Below are positions 14,784 through 22,861 of a stretch of DNA of 25,935 nucleotides, piece by piece. The notes under the pieces are model-generated. The model ran no database searches. It was given only the letters and a program-made list of their open reading frames with translations, and was not told the origin of the DNA. Numbering within the stretch: the first letter of the stretch is position 1; every line of letters starts with the position of its first letter. The stretch is from a virus (lineage: Duplodnaviria > Caudoviricetes). The translations under genes and the position numbers were made by a program. Location of the stretch: positions 1-25,935 of the IMG/VR virus record IMGVR_UViG_3300017747_005628; one strand, given 5' to 3'.

Positions 14784-15723
14784 GTTTACTTATCCAGGTA
14801 AATTTACCTGTCTTAGGATCGATAAAGATCACTAACAGGACTATTATACCCATTACTGAAGCTATTATCCAGAATGGTACTGTAGCAGCTAGATAAGCTA
14901 AACCGAATGAAAAGAGTGCAGCTCCCATAAACGTTAAACTCTTTAAAACACCTGCTAGGAGTAAGAATATAACACCAACACCGACAAGAGCTTTCATGAT
15001 ATATCCTATCATTTCTAATCTTATTGCTTCTTTAGCTGCATCAGCTTTAATTTGAGCTTCGTTTTGTTGTTTAGTATACTCTTCACGTTTTTCTCTTTCT
15101 AATTTTTCTATAGTCATCTTGTTAGCTTCTCTTAAAGCTGCCATTTCTTTTTCTCTTTGCTCTATTAAAGCTTGCGCAGCATCAAGAGCCTGTTTTTGAT
15201 GTATAGCTAAATCAGTACTAGCTTTATATTTTGCAAAAAGTTCATCAAATGATTTTTTCTTTTCATCATCAACTTCTTTTTTAACTCTATCAATAGAATT
15301 TTCAGTTAATGTATCCATTCTATTCATTACTTCTTTTGATCTTAAGTAAGAAATGGTAGTGTTAATGTCTTGTTTACGTTTTTCTTCTGAAACATAAAAT
15401 ATACCATAGTTTAACTCACCAATTTTAGTCATATTTTCTCTAACTTTTTGAGCCCTATCATCGTAGATTTTTTGCAATTCTTCTTTTTGTTTGGCATATT
15501 CTAACTCCATTCTTTTACGGGCTTCTTCAACCTTTTTATCAGCTTCAGCTAATTTATCAGCCACTTTTTTAGCCTCTTCTGCTGCAATTTTAGCTGTTAA
15601 AGCAGCCATATCTACAGGTTGTTCCTTTTTACCAAAAAATGAAGGCATTTTGAATGATGGAAGGTGCGCGCATCCAGAGGTAAATAATAACGCGCTTACA
15701 AGTAGTAGATGTGTTATTTTCAT
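14749..15723 (-). CDS. Lipoprotein with long coiled coil and three C-terminal hydrophobic helices (spanin-like candidate)
   Basis: Start moved to ATG 15723 (5 nt after TAAATA), giving signal MKITHLLLVSALLFTSG|C18; about 200 aa E/K/A-rich helical region; hydrophobic C-terminus then a basic tail. Confidence 0.7.
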   Translation of the reverse strand: MKITHLLLVSALLFTSGCAHLPSFKMPSFFGKKEQPVDMAALTAKIAAEEAKKVADKLAEADKKVEEARKRMELEYAKQKEELQKIYDDRAQKVRENMTKIGELNYGIFYVSEEKRKQDINTTISYLRSKEVMNRMDTLTENSIDRVKKEVDDEKKKSFDELFAKYKASTDLAIHQKQALDAAQALIEQREKEMAALREANKMTIEKLEREKREEYTKQQNEAQIKADAAKEAIRLEMIGYIMKALVGVGVIFLLLAGVLKSLTFMGAALFSFGLAYLAATVPFWIIASVMGIIVLLVIFIDPKTGKFTWISKPTSAPKDTVNG

Positions 15724-15728
15724 ATAAG

Positions 15729-15741
15729 TATTTAATAAATA
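15729..15741. promoter_or_regulatory. Divergent pair of late promoters
   Basis: TATTTAaTAAATA: minus TAAATA(15734-15729)-N5-ATG(15723); plus TAAATA(15736-15741)-N6-ATG(15748). Confidence 0.7.
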
Positions 15742-15747
15742 AATGAT

Positions 15748-16296
15748 ATGAATAAGGACTCCCATTCAATTTACGAAACGTACAAACAAACATCAGCTAA
15801 TCAAGAAATCATTCAAGAAGGTTTATTTGATAGACTCAAAGCAAAAGGAGCAGGTGCTGTAGGCACGGTAAAAGGATTGGGACAACAAGCAGCAGGTATG
15901 GCTAAAGGTGCTGTTGCAGGTCTGAAAGGTGATACAGCCGGGGTCCAAGCTGCTCAACAACAAAGACAAGCTGGTGCTATTCAAGGACAATTAGCAAAAA
16001 TTGATAGTTATCAAAACACAGCTGTTCAAAAGTTAAACAAAACTGCTCAAGAAATTTTTGCTGACATGGCTAAGTTAGGTATCGATGTAAAGAAAGTTTC
16101 ACCAAACAGTATAAACACATTTACAGGTCAGCTTACAAAAGCATTTGACGCGCTCAAAGCAGAGGTATCACAACCAGCCGGTGCAACACCTGCAGCTCCA
16201 GCAGCTCCAGCAGCTTCAGCAGCTCCTGCTGCAGCTACCCCAGTAAAGGCTCCAGCAAAAGCTCCAGTTAAGAAACCAGCTGCTAAAAAGCCTTGA
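15748..16296 (+). CDS. Hypothetical late protein, Ala/Gly/Gln-rich, with Ala-Pro-Lys tail
   Basis: 182 aa; EIIQE|GLFDRLKA leader; tail PAAPAAPAA...PAKAPVKKPAAKKP. Confidence 0.8.
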   Translation: MNKDSHSIYETYKQTSANQEIIQEGLFDRLKAKGAGAVGTVKGLGQQAAGMAKGAVAGLKGDTAGVQAAQQQRQAGAIQGQLAKIDSYQNTAVQKLNKTAQEIFADMAKLGIDVKKVSPNSINTFTGQLTKAFDALKAEVSQPAGATPAAPAAPAASAAPAAATPVKAPAKAPVKKPAAKKP

Positions 16297-16320
16297 TAAT
16301 TTAAAAAATACGCATAAATT
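16293..16320 (+). promoter_or_regulatory. sigma70-type promoter with overlapping inverted repeat
   Basis: TTGATA(16293)-N16-TAAATT(16315)-N5-ATG(16326); ATACGCAT/ATGCGTAT inverted repeat 16308-16333. Confidence 0.55.
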
Positions 16321-16325
16321 TTTTA

Positions 16326-17099
16326 ATGCGTATCGCTATCTCTGGAACTGCAAATCAAGGTAAAACTACCTTGATAAACGATTTTCTAAAAACCTGGCCT
16401 TCATACAAAACCGAAAGTAGAACATATAGGGAGTTATTAAAAGAGCAGAAACTACCCCATAGTAAAAAAGCTACCAAAGATAGTCAATGGAAGATTCTCA
16501 ACCTTATGGTTGATGAGTTGCAAAAATATAAAAAAGAAGATAAAGTTTTGTTTGATAGATGTCCTTTAGACAATCTTGTATACTCACTATGGTGTTGCGA
16601 TAAAAAAGTAGGAAAAATAAACGATAAATTTATCTCAAAGTGCATTCCAATAGTAAAAGAGAGTTTAAGAAATCTTGATATTATTTTCTTTCTACCAATT
16701 ACAAAAGCAGCTCCTGTACAAATAGAGGAAAATGGTACAAGAGAAACAGATGAAGTTTATGTAAAGGAAATCGATGCAATATTCAAAAGTATGAATATGC
16801 AATACAGACATAATTTAGGAAGAACTCCATTTTTTCCTCCAGATGATTGTCCAGCAATTATTGAAATTTTCGGTAACCCAGTTGAACGTATCCAAATGAT
16901 TAAATGGTATGTTGACGCTGAAGGGGATGGAATTGGAGGAGATGTAACATCGCCAGACAATTTATTCAATCCTGAAAACCTTGAAGAAATGGCGAGATTA
17001 ATCGATTCTCAAAAGAAACTTCAATCTCAAGAAGTAGCTTTAGCAGGCGAAATAGCAAAAATTAAAGACTTCGTAAAGAAAACAGGCACAAAGTTTTAA
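16326..17099 (+). CDS. P-loop nucleotide kinase-like protein (AAA_28/NadR/thymidylate-kinase-like)
   Basis: MRIAISGTANQGKTTL Walker A; LFDRCPLD; E.NG.R lid-like motif. Confidence 0.75.
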   Translation: MRIAISGTANQGKTTLINDFLKTWPSYKTESRTYRELLKEQKLPHSKKATKDSQWKILNLMVDELQKYKKEDKVLFDRCPLDNLVYSLWCCDKKVGKINDKFISKCIPIVKESLRNLDIIFFLPITKAAPVQIEENGTRETDEVYVKEIDAIFKSMNMQYRHNLGRTPFFPPDDCPAIIEIFGNPVERIQMIKWYVDAEGDGIGGDVTSPDNLFNPENLEEMARLIDSQKKLQSQEVALAGEIAKIKDFVKKTGTKF

Positions 17100-17809
17100 G
17101 CTGTTCTTCTCCAAAAGAACACACCGAACGCGGGTTTAATATTGTTATGATAGGCGCTTGAACCAGTAGGTTCGGAAGTAACTGGTGCTATATTAAACTG
17201 TTCTGGGCCAGCCTCACTTTCTGCAAATTGGCCAGCAACACTTGAATCTGTTTCACCAAACATACTAGCTTCGTGGGTATGAGCAGGTAATTCAGATACT
17301 GCTAATGAAACACCATATTCACCTAAACTTGAATTTTCTCCTGCAGCTATTGTTACACTTACATTATTTTTATCCCCATTAGCATATACCCCACCGTTAC
17401 TATACGTATCACCTACACCTGCAATAAATTTGCCTTCTGAAACTAACGACCAGGTAGTACCAGGTAATAAGGTTGATGGGTTAACAAAATTAATAGTGCT
17501 TCTAATACTACCTACAGGGTATAACGAGTATTTTAAATTATTAAATGCAACGCTAAAAGCACTATTAACATATTTTTCTAGAGCGTCAAAACTAGAATAG
17601 AGATTAGTAGAAAGAGAATAAACAGTGGTGGCTAAATATTCTAACTGCTGTGTGTGGCCCGACACAACGGAAGCAAATGTAGCATTATCTAGACCAAATT
17701 GTAAATTTCCAAAACTAATTTTTGTAGTTTGATTGGGCTGTTGTACAACAAACAAGTTACTACTCGTTACCGTGGTTGTTTCTGGCAATTTTAATATACC
17801 TAATTGCAT
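17096..17809 (-). CDS. Baseplate/tail protein with T4 gp10 C-terminal-like domain
   Basis: YPVGSI...NP...GTTW...GKFIAG...GE..V.L..SELPAHTH...HNNIKP...FFWRRTA. Confidence 0.75.
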   Translation of the reverse strand: MQLGILKLPETTTVTSSNLFVVQQPNQTTKISFGNLQFGLDNATFASVVSGHTQQLEYLATTVYSLSTNLYSSFDALEKYVNSAFSVAFNNLKYSLYPVGSIRSTINFVNPSTLLPGTTWSLVSEGKFIAGVGDTYSNGGVYANGDKNNVSVTIAAGENSSLGEYGVSLAVSELPAHTHEASMFGETDSSVAGQFAESEAGPEQFNIAPVTSEPTGSSAYHNNIKPAFGVFFWRRTA

Positions 17810-17810
17810 G

Positions 17811-18512
17811 TTAACTTGTTCTTAACCAAACATATAATCCATAAACTGGAGGTATGTTATTGTGACCGCCACCGCCACCGGTAGAGCTAGATGTAATTGG
17901 TGATAATCTACCACCGGGTCCAGGTGCACTCTCAACAAACGTGCCTGCTTGTAGCGCGTTTGTACCTTCTCTCGGTTGAAATGTATGCGTGTGAGATGCT
18001 ATTTCAGCAACCGTTAACGTATGTCTGTACTCACCTGCATTAAAATTAGATGCAGCATTGCCTTCACCTACCGTAAACCCGTTACCGTTTTTATCTACAC
18101 CAGAACCAACACCTGCAATAAACAAACCGCTCGCTACTTTGTCCCAATTTGTATTAGGTATGAATGTACTTGGATTTATATTTGTTGCAGTGTATAGTAC
18201 GCTGTTAACTGGGAAACAAACATTAACAAAATTAGCAGTAGTTGTTTGTACTACCGTTCCAATTAAAGTCTGCAAGGTATCTACCTCAGTGTATAACTCA
18301 CTAGATAAAGTATCGACCGTTGTAGATAAAGCAGCTATGCTTGTAGTTTGACCTGAAATTGTACTTGCAAAAGTTACATTTTCTAAACCAAAAATTAAAT
18401 TTTTATAGTCAAGTTTTTTAGCCTGAGTTATGTCTTCAATAACAAAAAAGTCACCATTTTTTACTTCTCCTGCTTCGGGTAACTGAGCAAAGCTTAATTT
18501 TGCTGTGGACAT
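17811..18512 (-). CDS. Baseplate/tail protein with T4 gp10 C-terminal-like domain (paralogue of 17096-17809)
   Basis: FPVNSV...NP...W...GLFIAG...GEYRHTLTVAEIASHTH...HNNIPPVYGLYVWLRTS. Confidence 0.75.
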   Translation of the reverse strand: MSTAKLSFAQLPEAGEVKNGDFFVIEDITQAKKLDYKNLIFGLENVTFASTISGQTTSIAALSTTVDTLSSELYTEVDTLQTLIGTVVQTTTANFVNVCFPVNSVLYTATNINPSTFIPNTNWDKVASGLFIAGVGSGVDKNGNGFTVGEGNAASNFNAGEYRHTLTVAEIASHTHTFQPREGTNALQAGTFVESAPGPGGRLSPITSSSTGGGGGHNNIPPVYGLYVWLRTS

Positions 18513-18533
18513 ATATCTATTATTTATTATAAT
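18506..18533 (+). promoter_or_regulatory. sigma70-type promoter of the glycosyltransferase island
   Basis: TGGACA(18506)-N16-TATAAT(18528)-N5-ATG(18539). Confidence 0.65.
18521..18526 (-). promoter_or_regulatory. Late promoter of tail genes
   Basis: Minus strand aaTAAATA-N8-ATG(18512). Confidence 0.6.
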
Positions 18534-18538
18534 ATGTT

Positions 18539-19384
18539 ATGGCTAAAATAGGTGTAGGTGTTGTAACTTGTAATAGACTTGATTATTTACGTAATCTATT
18601 AAAGACTTTGCCTAATGAAATTATTGATGAGTTAGTTGTTATCAATGATGGTAAGCCAGTAGATGATTATGTTGAAAAGGAATTTAGCTTTGGGTATTGG
18701 ATAGATAATCCGGTTAATCTTGGTGTAGGCAAATCTAAAAACAAAGCAATGAAACATCTTGTTTCATTAAAATGTGATTATATCTTTATAATTGAAGATG
18801 ATATGCTTATCAAAGATCCTGCTGTATTTGACAAGTATATTCAAGCATATAAAAAGTCTGGAATACATCATTTTAATTACGGGCCTGGATCACCATTTAA
18901 TAGAAAGCAAAACATAGAATTTGATCTACACAATAGGCATTTATTAGATCAACATAGTCCACCTAACCCAAAGATAATCATTGAATACGATAAAGAAACA
19001 AAGGTTGCATTATATGAACATACAGTAGCTATGTTTTCGTTTTTTACCAGAGAAGTACTAGAGAAAGTTGGGTATATAGACGAGGCTTACTATAATGCTT
19101 GGGAACATGTAGATCATACCTATCGTATTATTAAAGCGGGTTATCATCCACCATTTTGGTGGTTTGCAGATATAGCTGACAGTGAAAAGTACTTAACTGA
19201 AGCTCCAGGTGCTATAGATAATTCATCCATAGCAAACAAATCAGATCAATGGTTGAAAAATGTTACGGAGGGTAGAGAAATCTATCTTAAAAAACACGGC
19301 CACTATCCAAACCAACCCCCATTTGTTTCGAAAGAAACAGTATTAAACATTATTAAAAAATTAAAAAATGAAGTTAGGAATTAA
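18539..19384 (+). CDS. Glycosyltransferase, GT2 family
   Basis: VVTCNR, VINDG, NLGVGKSKN, IEDD, VGYIDE, WEHVD. Confidence 0.88.
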   Translation: MAKIGVGVVTCNRLDYLRNLLKTLPNEIIDELVVINDGKPVDDYVEKEFSFGYWIDNPVNLGVGKSKNKAMKHLVSLKCDYIFIIEDDMLIKDPAVFDKYIQAYKKSGIHHFNYGPGSPFNRKQNIEFDLHNRHLLDQHSPPNPKIIIEYDKETKVALYEHTVAMFSFFTREVLEKVGYIDEAYYNAWEHVDHTYRIIKAGYHPPFWWFADIADSEKYLTEAPGAIDNSSIANKSDQWLKNVTEGREIYLKKHGHYPNQPPFVSKETVLNIIKKLKNEVRN

Positions 19385-20009
19385 TTTAGTTGGAATTAGT
19401 CATTTACTTCATAAAGAAAGACACCCGGTTGCAAGAACATATAAACTATGCTCTGATAATTTTTACAAAGAAGTGCATAACCTTCTTACTCCTAAATTTG
19501 ATGTTAAAGTGTATTTAACTACATATGTAACTGAAGAAGTACAAAACATAGTTGATACTTACAAGCCGGAAAAAGCACTTTTTTTAAACTATAAAAACTC
19601 CCACCAAATAAAAACTTTTATTAATTCATTAGAATTAATGGAAAATCAAAATCTTAACTTTATAATGATTACAAGATTTGATTTATTTTTCTTTCCAGGA
19701 AAATTAAAAGAGCTGGATATAAGAATGAATAAGTTCAATTTTCTTTGTAAAGAAGAAAAATACTGGGATAATTTTAATTTTGTAAACGATTGTTTTATGA
19801 TTTTTCCAGGTGAGTTTTTATCACCATTTAAAAAATGTTGTTATAATCTTTTAAACAATCCTCCTAGACTTGGGTTAACAGATATGCATGGTTTATATAA
19901 ATTTGTTAATAAAGAAATTGGTAACGATAACATTAATTTTATGACCGGTGAAAAGCATTACGTGAGCAATTGTAATCCTATCTACGAATTAAAAAGAGCA
20001 CAAGTATGA
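19368..20009 (+). CDS. Hypothetical protein, possibly GT-A-like
   Basis: 213 aa inside the GT operon; IMITRFDL and VNDCF motifs. Confidence 0.55.
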   Translation: MKLGINLVGISHLLHKERHPVARTYKLCSDNFYKEVHNLLTPKFDVKVYLTTYVTEEVQNIVDTYKPEKALFLNYKNSHQIKTFINSLELMENQNLNFIMITRFDLFFFPGKLKELDIRMNKFNFLCKEEKYWDNFNFVNDCFMIFPGEFLSPFKKCCYNLLNNPPRLGLTDMHGLYKFVNKEIGNDNINFMTGEKHYVSNCNPIYELKRAQV

Positions 20010-20647
20010 CAATTTTAATTTTATCTAACACTGCAAATGTAGTATATTATAACATGCTTGAAGAGTGCGTTAATTCTATAGGTAACTACCCTGTTATTGT
20101 TGTTGAAACTAACTCAAAATTAAAGAATAAAAAAATACCTTTATCAGAAAAAGCTAAATTTATATTTCCTGAAGAAGAGTTTAACTACAATAGATTTTTA
20201 AACATAGGTATATCTCACATTGAAACGGAGAATTTTATCATATCTAATAACGATGTAATTTATAGTCCTGGTTGTGTCCAAGAAATGTCTGCAAGACTTT
20301 CAAATTACGACTCTGTAAGTCCGGTAGATCTTTTAAACTCAAAACAGTTAAACGTTCTCGGACCTTGTATAGAAGGTTACGATATTGAAGTTCATATTAA
20401 CGGCTGTTGTATTGGTATGTCAAAAAGAACATACAATGCAATAGGTAAATTTGATGAAAGTTTTAAATTCTGGTACCAAGATAATGACTACGCAAATCTT
20501 TTAAAACATAAAAATTTAAAACATGCTTTATTGAGAGATGCAAAAATTAAACATTTAGGACATAAAAGCCATAGTTTATTAGGCGATAAACATTATGAAA
20601 TGACACACGGTTTAGAAAATATTTTTAAGGAGAAATGGATACAATGA
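20006..20647 (+). CDS. Glycosyltransferase, GT2-like
   Basis: FNYNRFLNIG, SNNDV, GCCIG, IGKFDESF..WYQDND, IKH. Confidence 0.85.
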   Translation: MTILILSNTANVVYYNMLEECVNSIGNYPVIVVETNSKLKNKKIPLSEKAKFIFPEEEFNYNRFLNIGISHIETENFIISNNDVIYSPGCVQEMSARLSNYDSVSPVDLLNSKQLNVLGPCIEGYDIEVHINGCCIGMSKRTYNAIGKFDESFKFWYQDNDYANLLKHKNLKHALLRDAKIKHLGHKSHSLLGDKHYEMTHGLENIFKEKWIQ

Positions 20648-21384
20648 AAATCGCATTAATGTGCCCAACAAGAAATAGAATGAATAAGCTTTTAACGCTT
20701 ATTTCTAGTCTTTTGACTACCGTTGAAGATCCACATAATATATACCTTGTATTGGGTGTAGATGAAGACGACCCAGCGATTGAGCATTATAATTATCTTC
20801 AGCGTAATTTAAAATTTATAGAAATAATTAAGTTTAAAAATGAAGGTAAGTTTTTAGGTCTTTCTACTATGTGGAATAAAATGGCAAGTGTTTATCCTAA
20901 TACTGTAGATATATTTGCAATGATTGGTGATGATATGGTGTTTATGACTAAAGACTGGGACCAAAAAATTATCGAAGAATTTGAGAATGGTCCAAAAGAT
21001 AAAATTTTAATGGTGCATTGCAATGACGGTGTGAGGGGTAAAGATAACAAATATGCAACGATGGCACCTTTTCCGGTTAATTTTTTCGTACATAAAAACT
21101 ATGTAAACACAGTTGGCTATTTTGTAGAGCCATTTATTGAAAACATACATCAAGATACCTGGTGCGATTTTATTTTTGGTAAACTAAAACGTAAAAAATA
21201 TAGACACGACATTTTAATAAAACACCTACATCAAAGCGAATCTACTGGCAAACCTGACGCTATCACAGAAAATTTAGAAAAACTAAGAGTAGGTGTATGG
21301 AATGACTTTACTTGGATGTCAAAATATAACAAAGAAATACAAACAGAACTTAATAAACTGCTTAAGTTTATAGACGTATCATGA
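20644..21384 (+). CDS. Glycosyltransferase, GT2-like
   Basis: CPTRNR, VDEDD, GDDM, HQDTW, IKHLH; start moved to ATG 20644 (ATGA overlap). Confidence 0.8.
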   Translation: MKIALMCPTRNRMNKLLTLISSLLTTVEDPHNIYLVLGVDEDDPAIEHYNYLQRNLKFIEIIKFKNEGKFLGLSTMWNKMASVYPNTVDIFAMIGDDMVFMTKDWDQKIIEEFENGPKDKILMVHCNDGVRGKDNKYATMAPFPVNFFVHKNYVNTVGYFVEPFIENIHQDTWCDFIFGKLKRKKYRHDILIKHLHQSESTGKPDAITENLEKLRVGVWNDFTWMSKYNKEIQTELNKLLKFIDVS

Positions 21385-22079
21385 ATATCGGCATAATTCA
21401 ACCTGGCAGGTTAGGCGATATAATAATATGTTTACCAATAGCAAAACACTATCACGATTTAGGGTATTCTGTTTATTGGCCAATATTTGAAAACTATGTT
21501 AAGATGTTTAATGAGGCGATAGATTATGTTCATTTTCTACCTGTAACCGGGGATGTTTACGGTTGCGTCCATCAAGCAAAGGGCGCTTTTATAAACTATA
21601 AAGTTGATAAAATTATAGATTTAGCAGCCACTTTTCCCGGCAGCAGTGTAACAGAAAGATATGTAGCTGAAGGGGATGGTTTTGGGTGGGAAAAGTTTGA
21701 TGAATTTAAATATAAAATGGCTGAAGTACCGTTTAAAAAGAAATGGGATTTACAGTATAAAAGAAACTTAAAGTCTGAAGATGATGTATATAATCTTTAC
21801 GTGAAATCAGAAAAATATGATGTTTTCAGTTTAACTCACTCTAGGGGTAGAGTAAATAAAACAATACAATCCAAATATCAATTAATTGAATTAAACGAAA
21901 ACCATAGTATTTTTCACTGGAGAAAGGTTTTTGAAAAGGCACAAAACATTTGTTTAGTTGATAGTGCTATTTCTAATTTCGTTGAACAAATAAACACTAC
22001 TAACAATAAAGTTTTAATTCAGAAAAATGGTCAACCAATAGCTACATATAAAAATAATTGGAAAATAATTTCAGAATGA
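21381..22079 (+). CDS. Putative GT-B glycosyltransferase (GT9/heptosyltransferase-like)
   Basis: PGRLGDIIICLPI N-terminal motif and LVDSA C-terminal motif. Confidence 0.6.
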   Translation: MNIGIIQPGRLGDIIICLPIAKHYHDLGYSVYWPIFENYVKMFNEAIDYVHFLPVTGDVYGCVHQAKGAFINYKVDKIIDLAATFPGSSVTERYVAEGDGFGWEKFDEFKYKMAEVPFKKKWDLQYKRNLKSEDDVYNLYVKSEKYDVFSLTHSRGRVNKTIQSKYQLIELNENHSIFHWRKVFEKAQNICLVDSAISNFVEQINTTNNKVLIQKNGQPIATYKNNWKIISE

Positions 22080-22861
22080 GAATCGCATTTACTATAGTCT
22101 TAAACGGTTTAAGACATCTACAGCACAATAATTTCTATCAAAAAATGATAGATAATTTTGATCATTGGATCATCGTTGAAGGTGTAGCAAAGCCTAATGG
22201 ATCGACAAATTGGTGCAAAGAACTACCATCTATCTTTCACGATAATAATCTATCAAACGATGGTACGTCACAATTTTTAGATGCTCATAGACACCCTAAT
22301 GTTAGAATTCTTAGACCATTAGACGGTGCTTGGGATAGCAAAGATCAGCAAGTTAATGCAGCTATTTCAGAAATTAAACTAATTACAAATGAATGTTTTC
22401 TATGGCAAATAGACGTAGATGAACAATGGGAGTTAGTAGATCTTGTAAATGCTGAAAAAGATTTAGTTAGTTACGGTGGTAAAACAGGATGCTTTCTTTG
22501 TAACTATTACGTCGGACCAAATCAAAGAGTTATAGGTGAATGGGGTGAAGGTAGAATAGAACCATATAGAAGATTATGGGTTTGGAAAGGTGAAAAGTTT
22601 TTAAAACACGAGCCACCAACCTTAGATGGTAAAAACGGTCCAGGGTTTTTGTTATCTCAAAGATTTAAACATTACGCTTACTATTTTGAAGAAGATGTAA
22701 TCTTTAAACAGTTTTATTATCAAGGATATGAAAATTTAATTGAGCGTTGGAAAAAGGTGCAAGAAAATAGAAGCACTATGGATATAGGATCTTTACTAGG
22801 AGATAACGTATGGTGGAGTAAAACAAAAACGTTCATAATATATGAAGGCAATGCTTGTTGA
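22076..22861 (+). CDS. Putative GT-A glycosyltransferase (GT2-like)
   Basis: IIVEG, SNDGT, WQIDVDE (DxD), FKHYAY; start moved to ATG 22076 (ATGA overlap). Confidence 0.7.
   Translation: MRIAFTIVLNGLRHLQHNNFYQKMIDNFDHWIIVEGVAKPNGSTNWCKELPSIFHDNNLSNDGTSQFLDAHRHPNVRILRPLDGAWDSKDQQVNAAISEIKLITNECFLWQIDVDEQWELVDLVNAEKDLVSYGGKTGCFLCNYYVGPNQRVIGEWGEGRIEPYRRLWVWKGEKFLKHEPPTLDGKNGPGFLLSQRFKHYAYYFEEDVIFKQFYYQGYENLIERWKKVQENRSTMDIGSLLGDNVWWSKTKTFIIYEGNAC

Noticed and set aside
15724-15765. ORF-track N-terminal extension MGVLIHIIYLLNTY of the lipoprotein (likewise 8428-8451 and 1819-1842)
   Set aside because: The extensions run through promoters or neighbouring genes; the downstream starts fit the TAAATA-N5 rule, the signal peptide or stop/start coupling.
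16192-16227. Four tandem 9-nt GCAGCTCCA-like repeats
   Set aside because: In-frame coding for an Ala-Ala-Pro linker; no spacers, so not CRISPR or a regulatory array.
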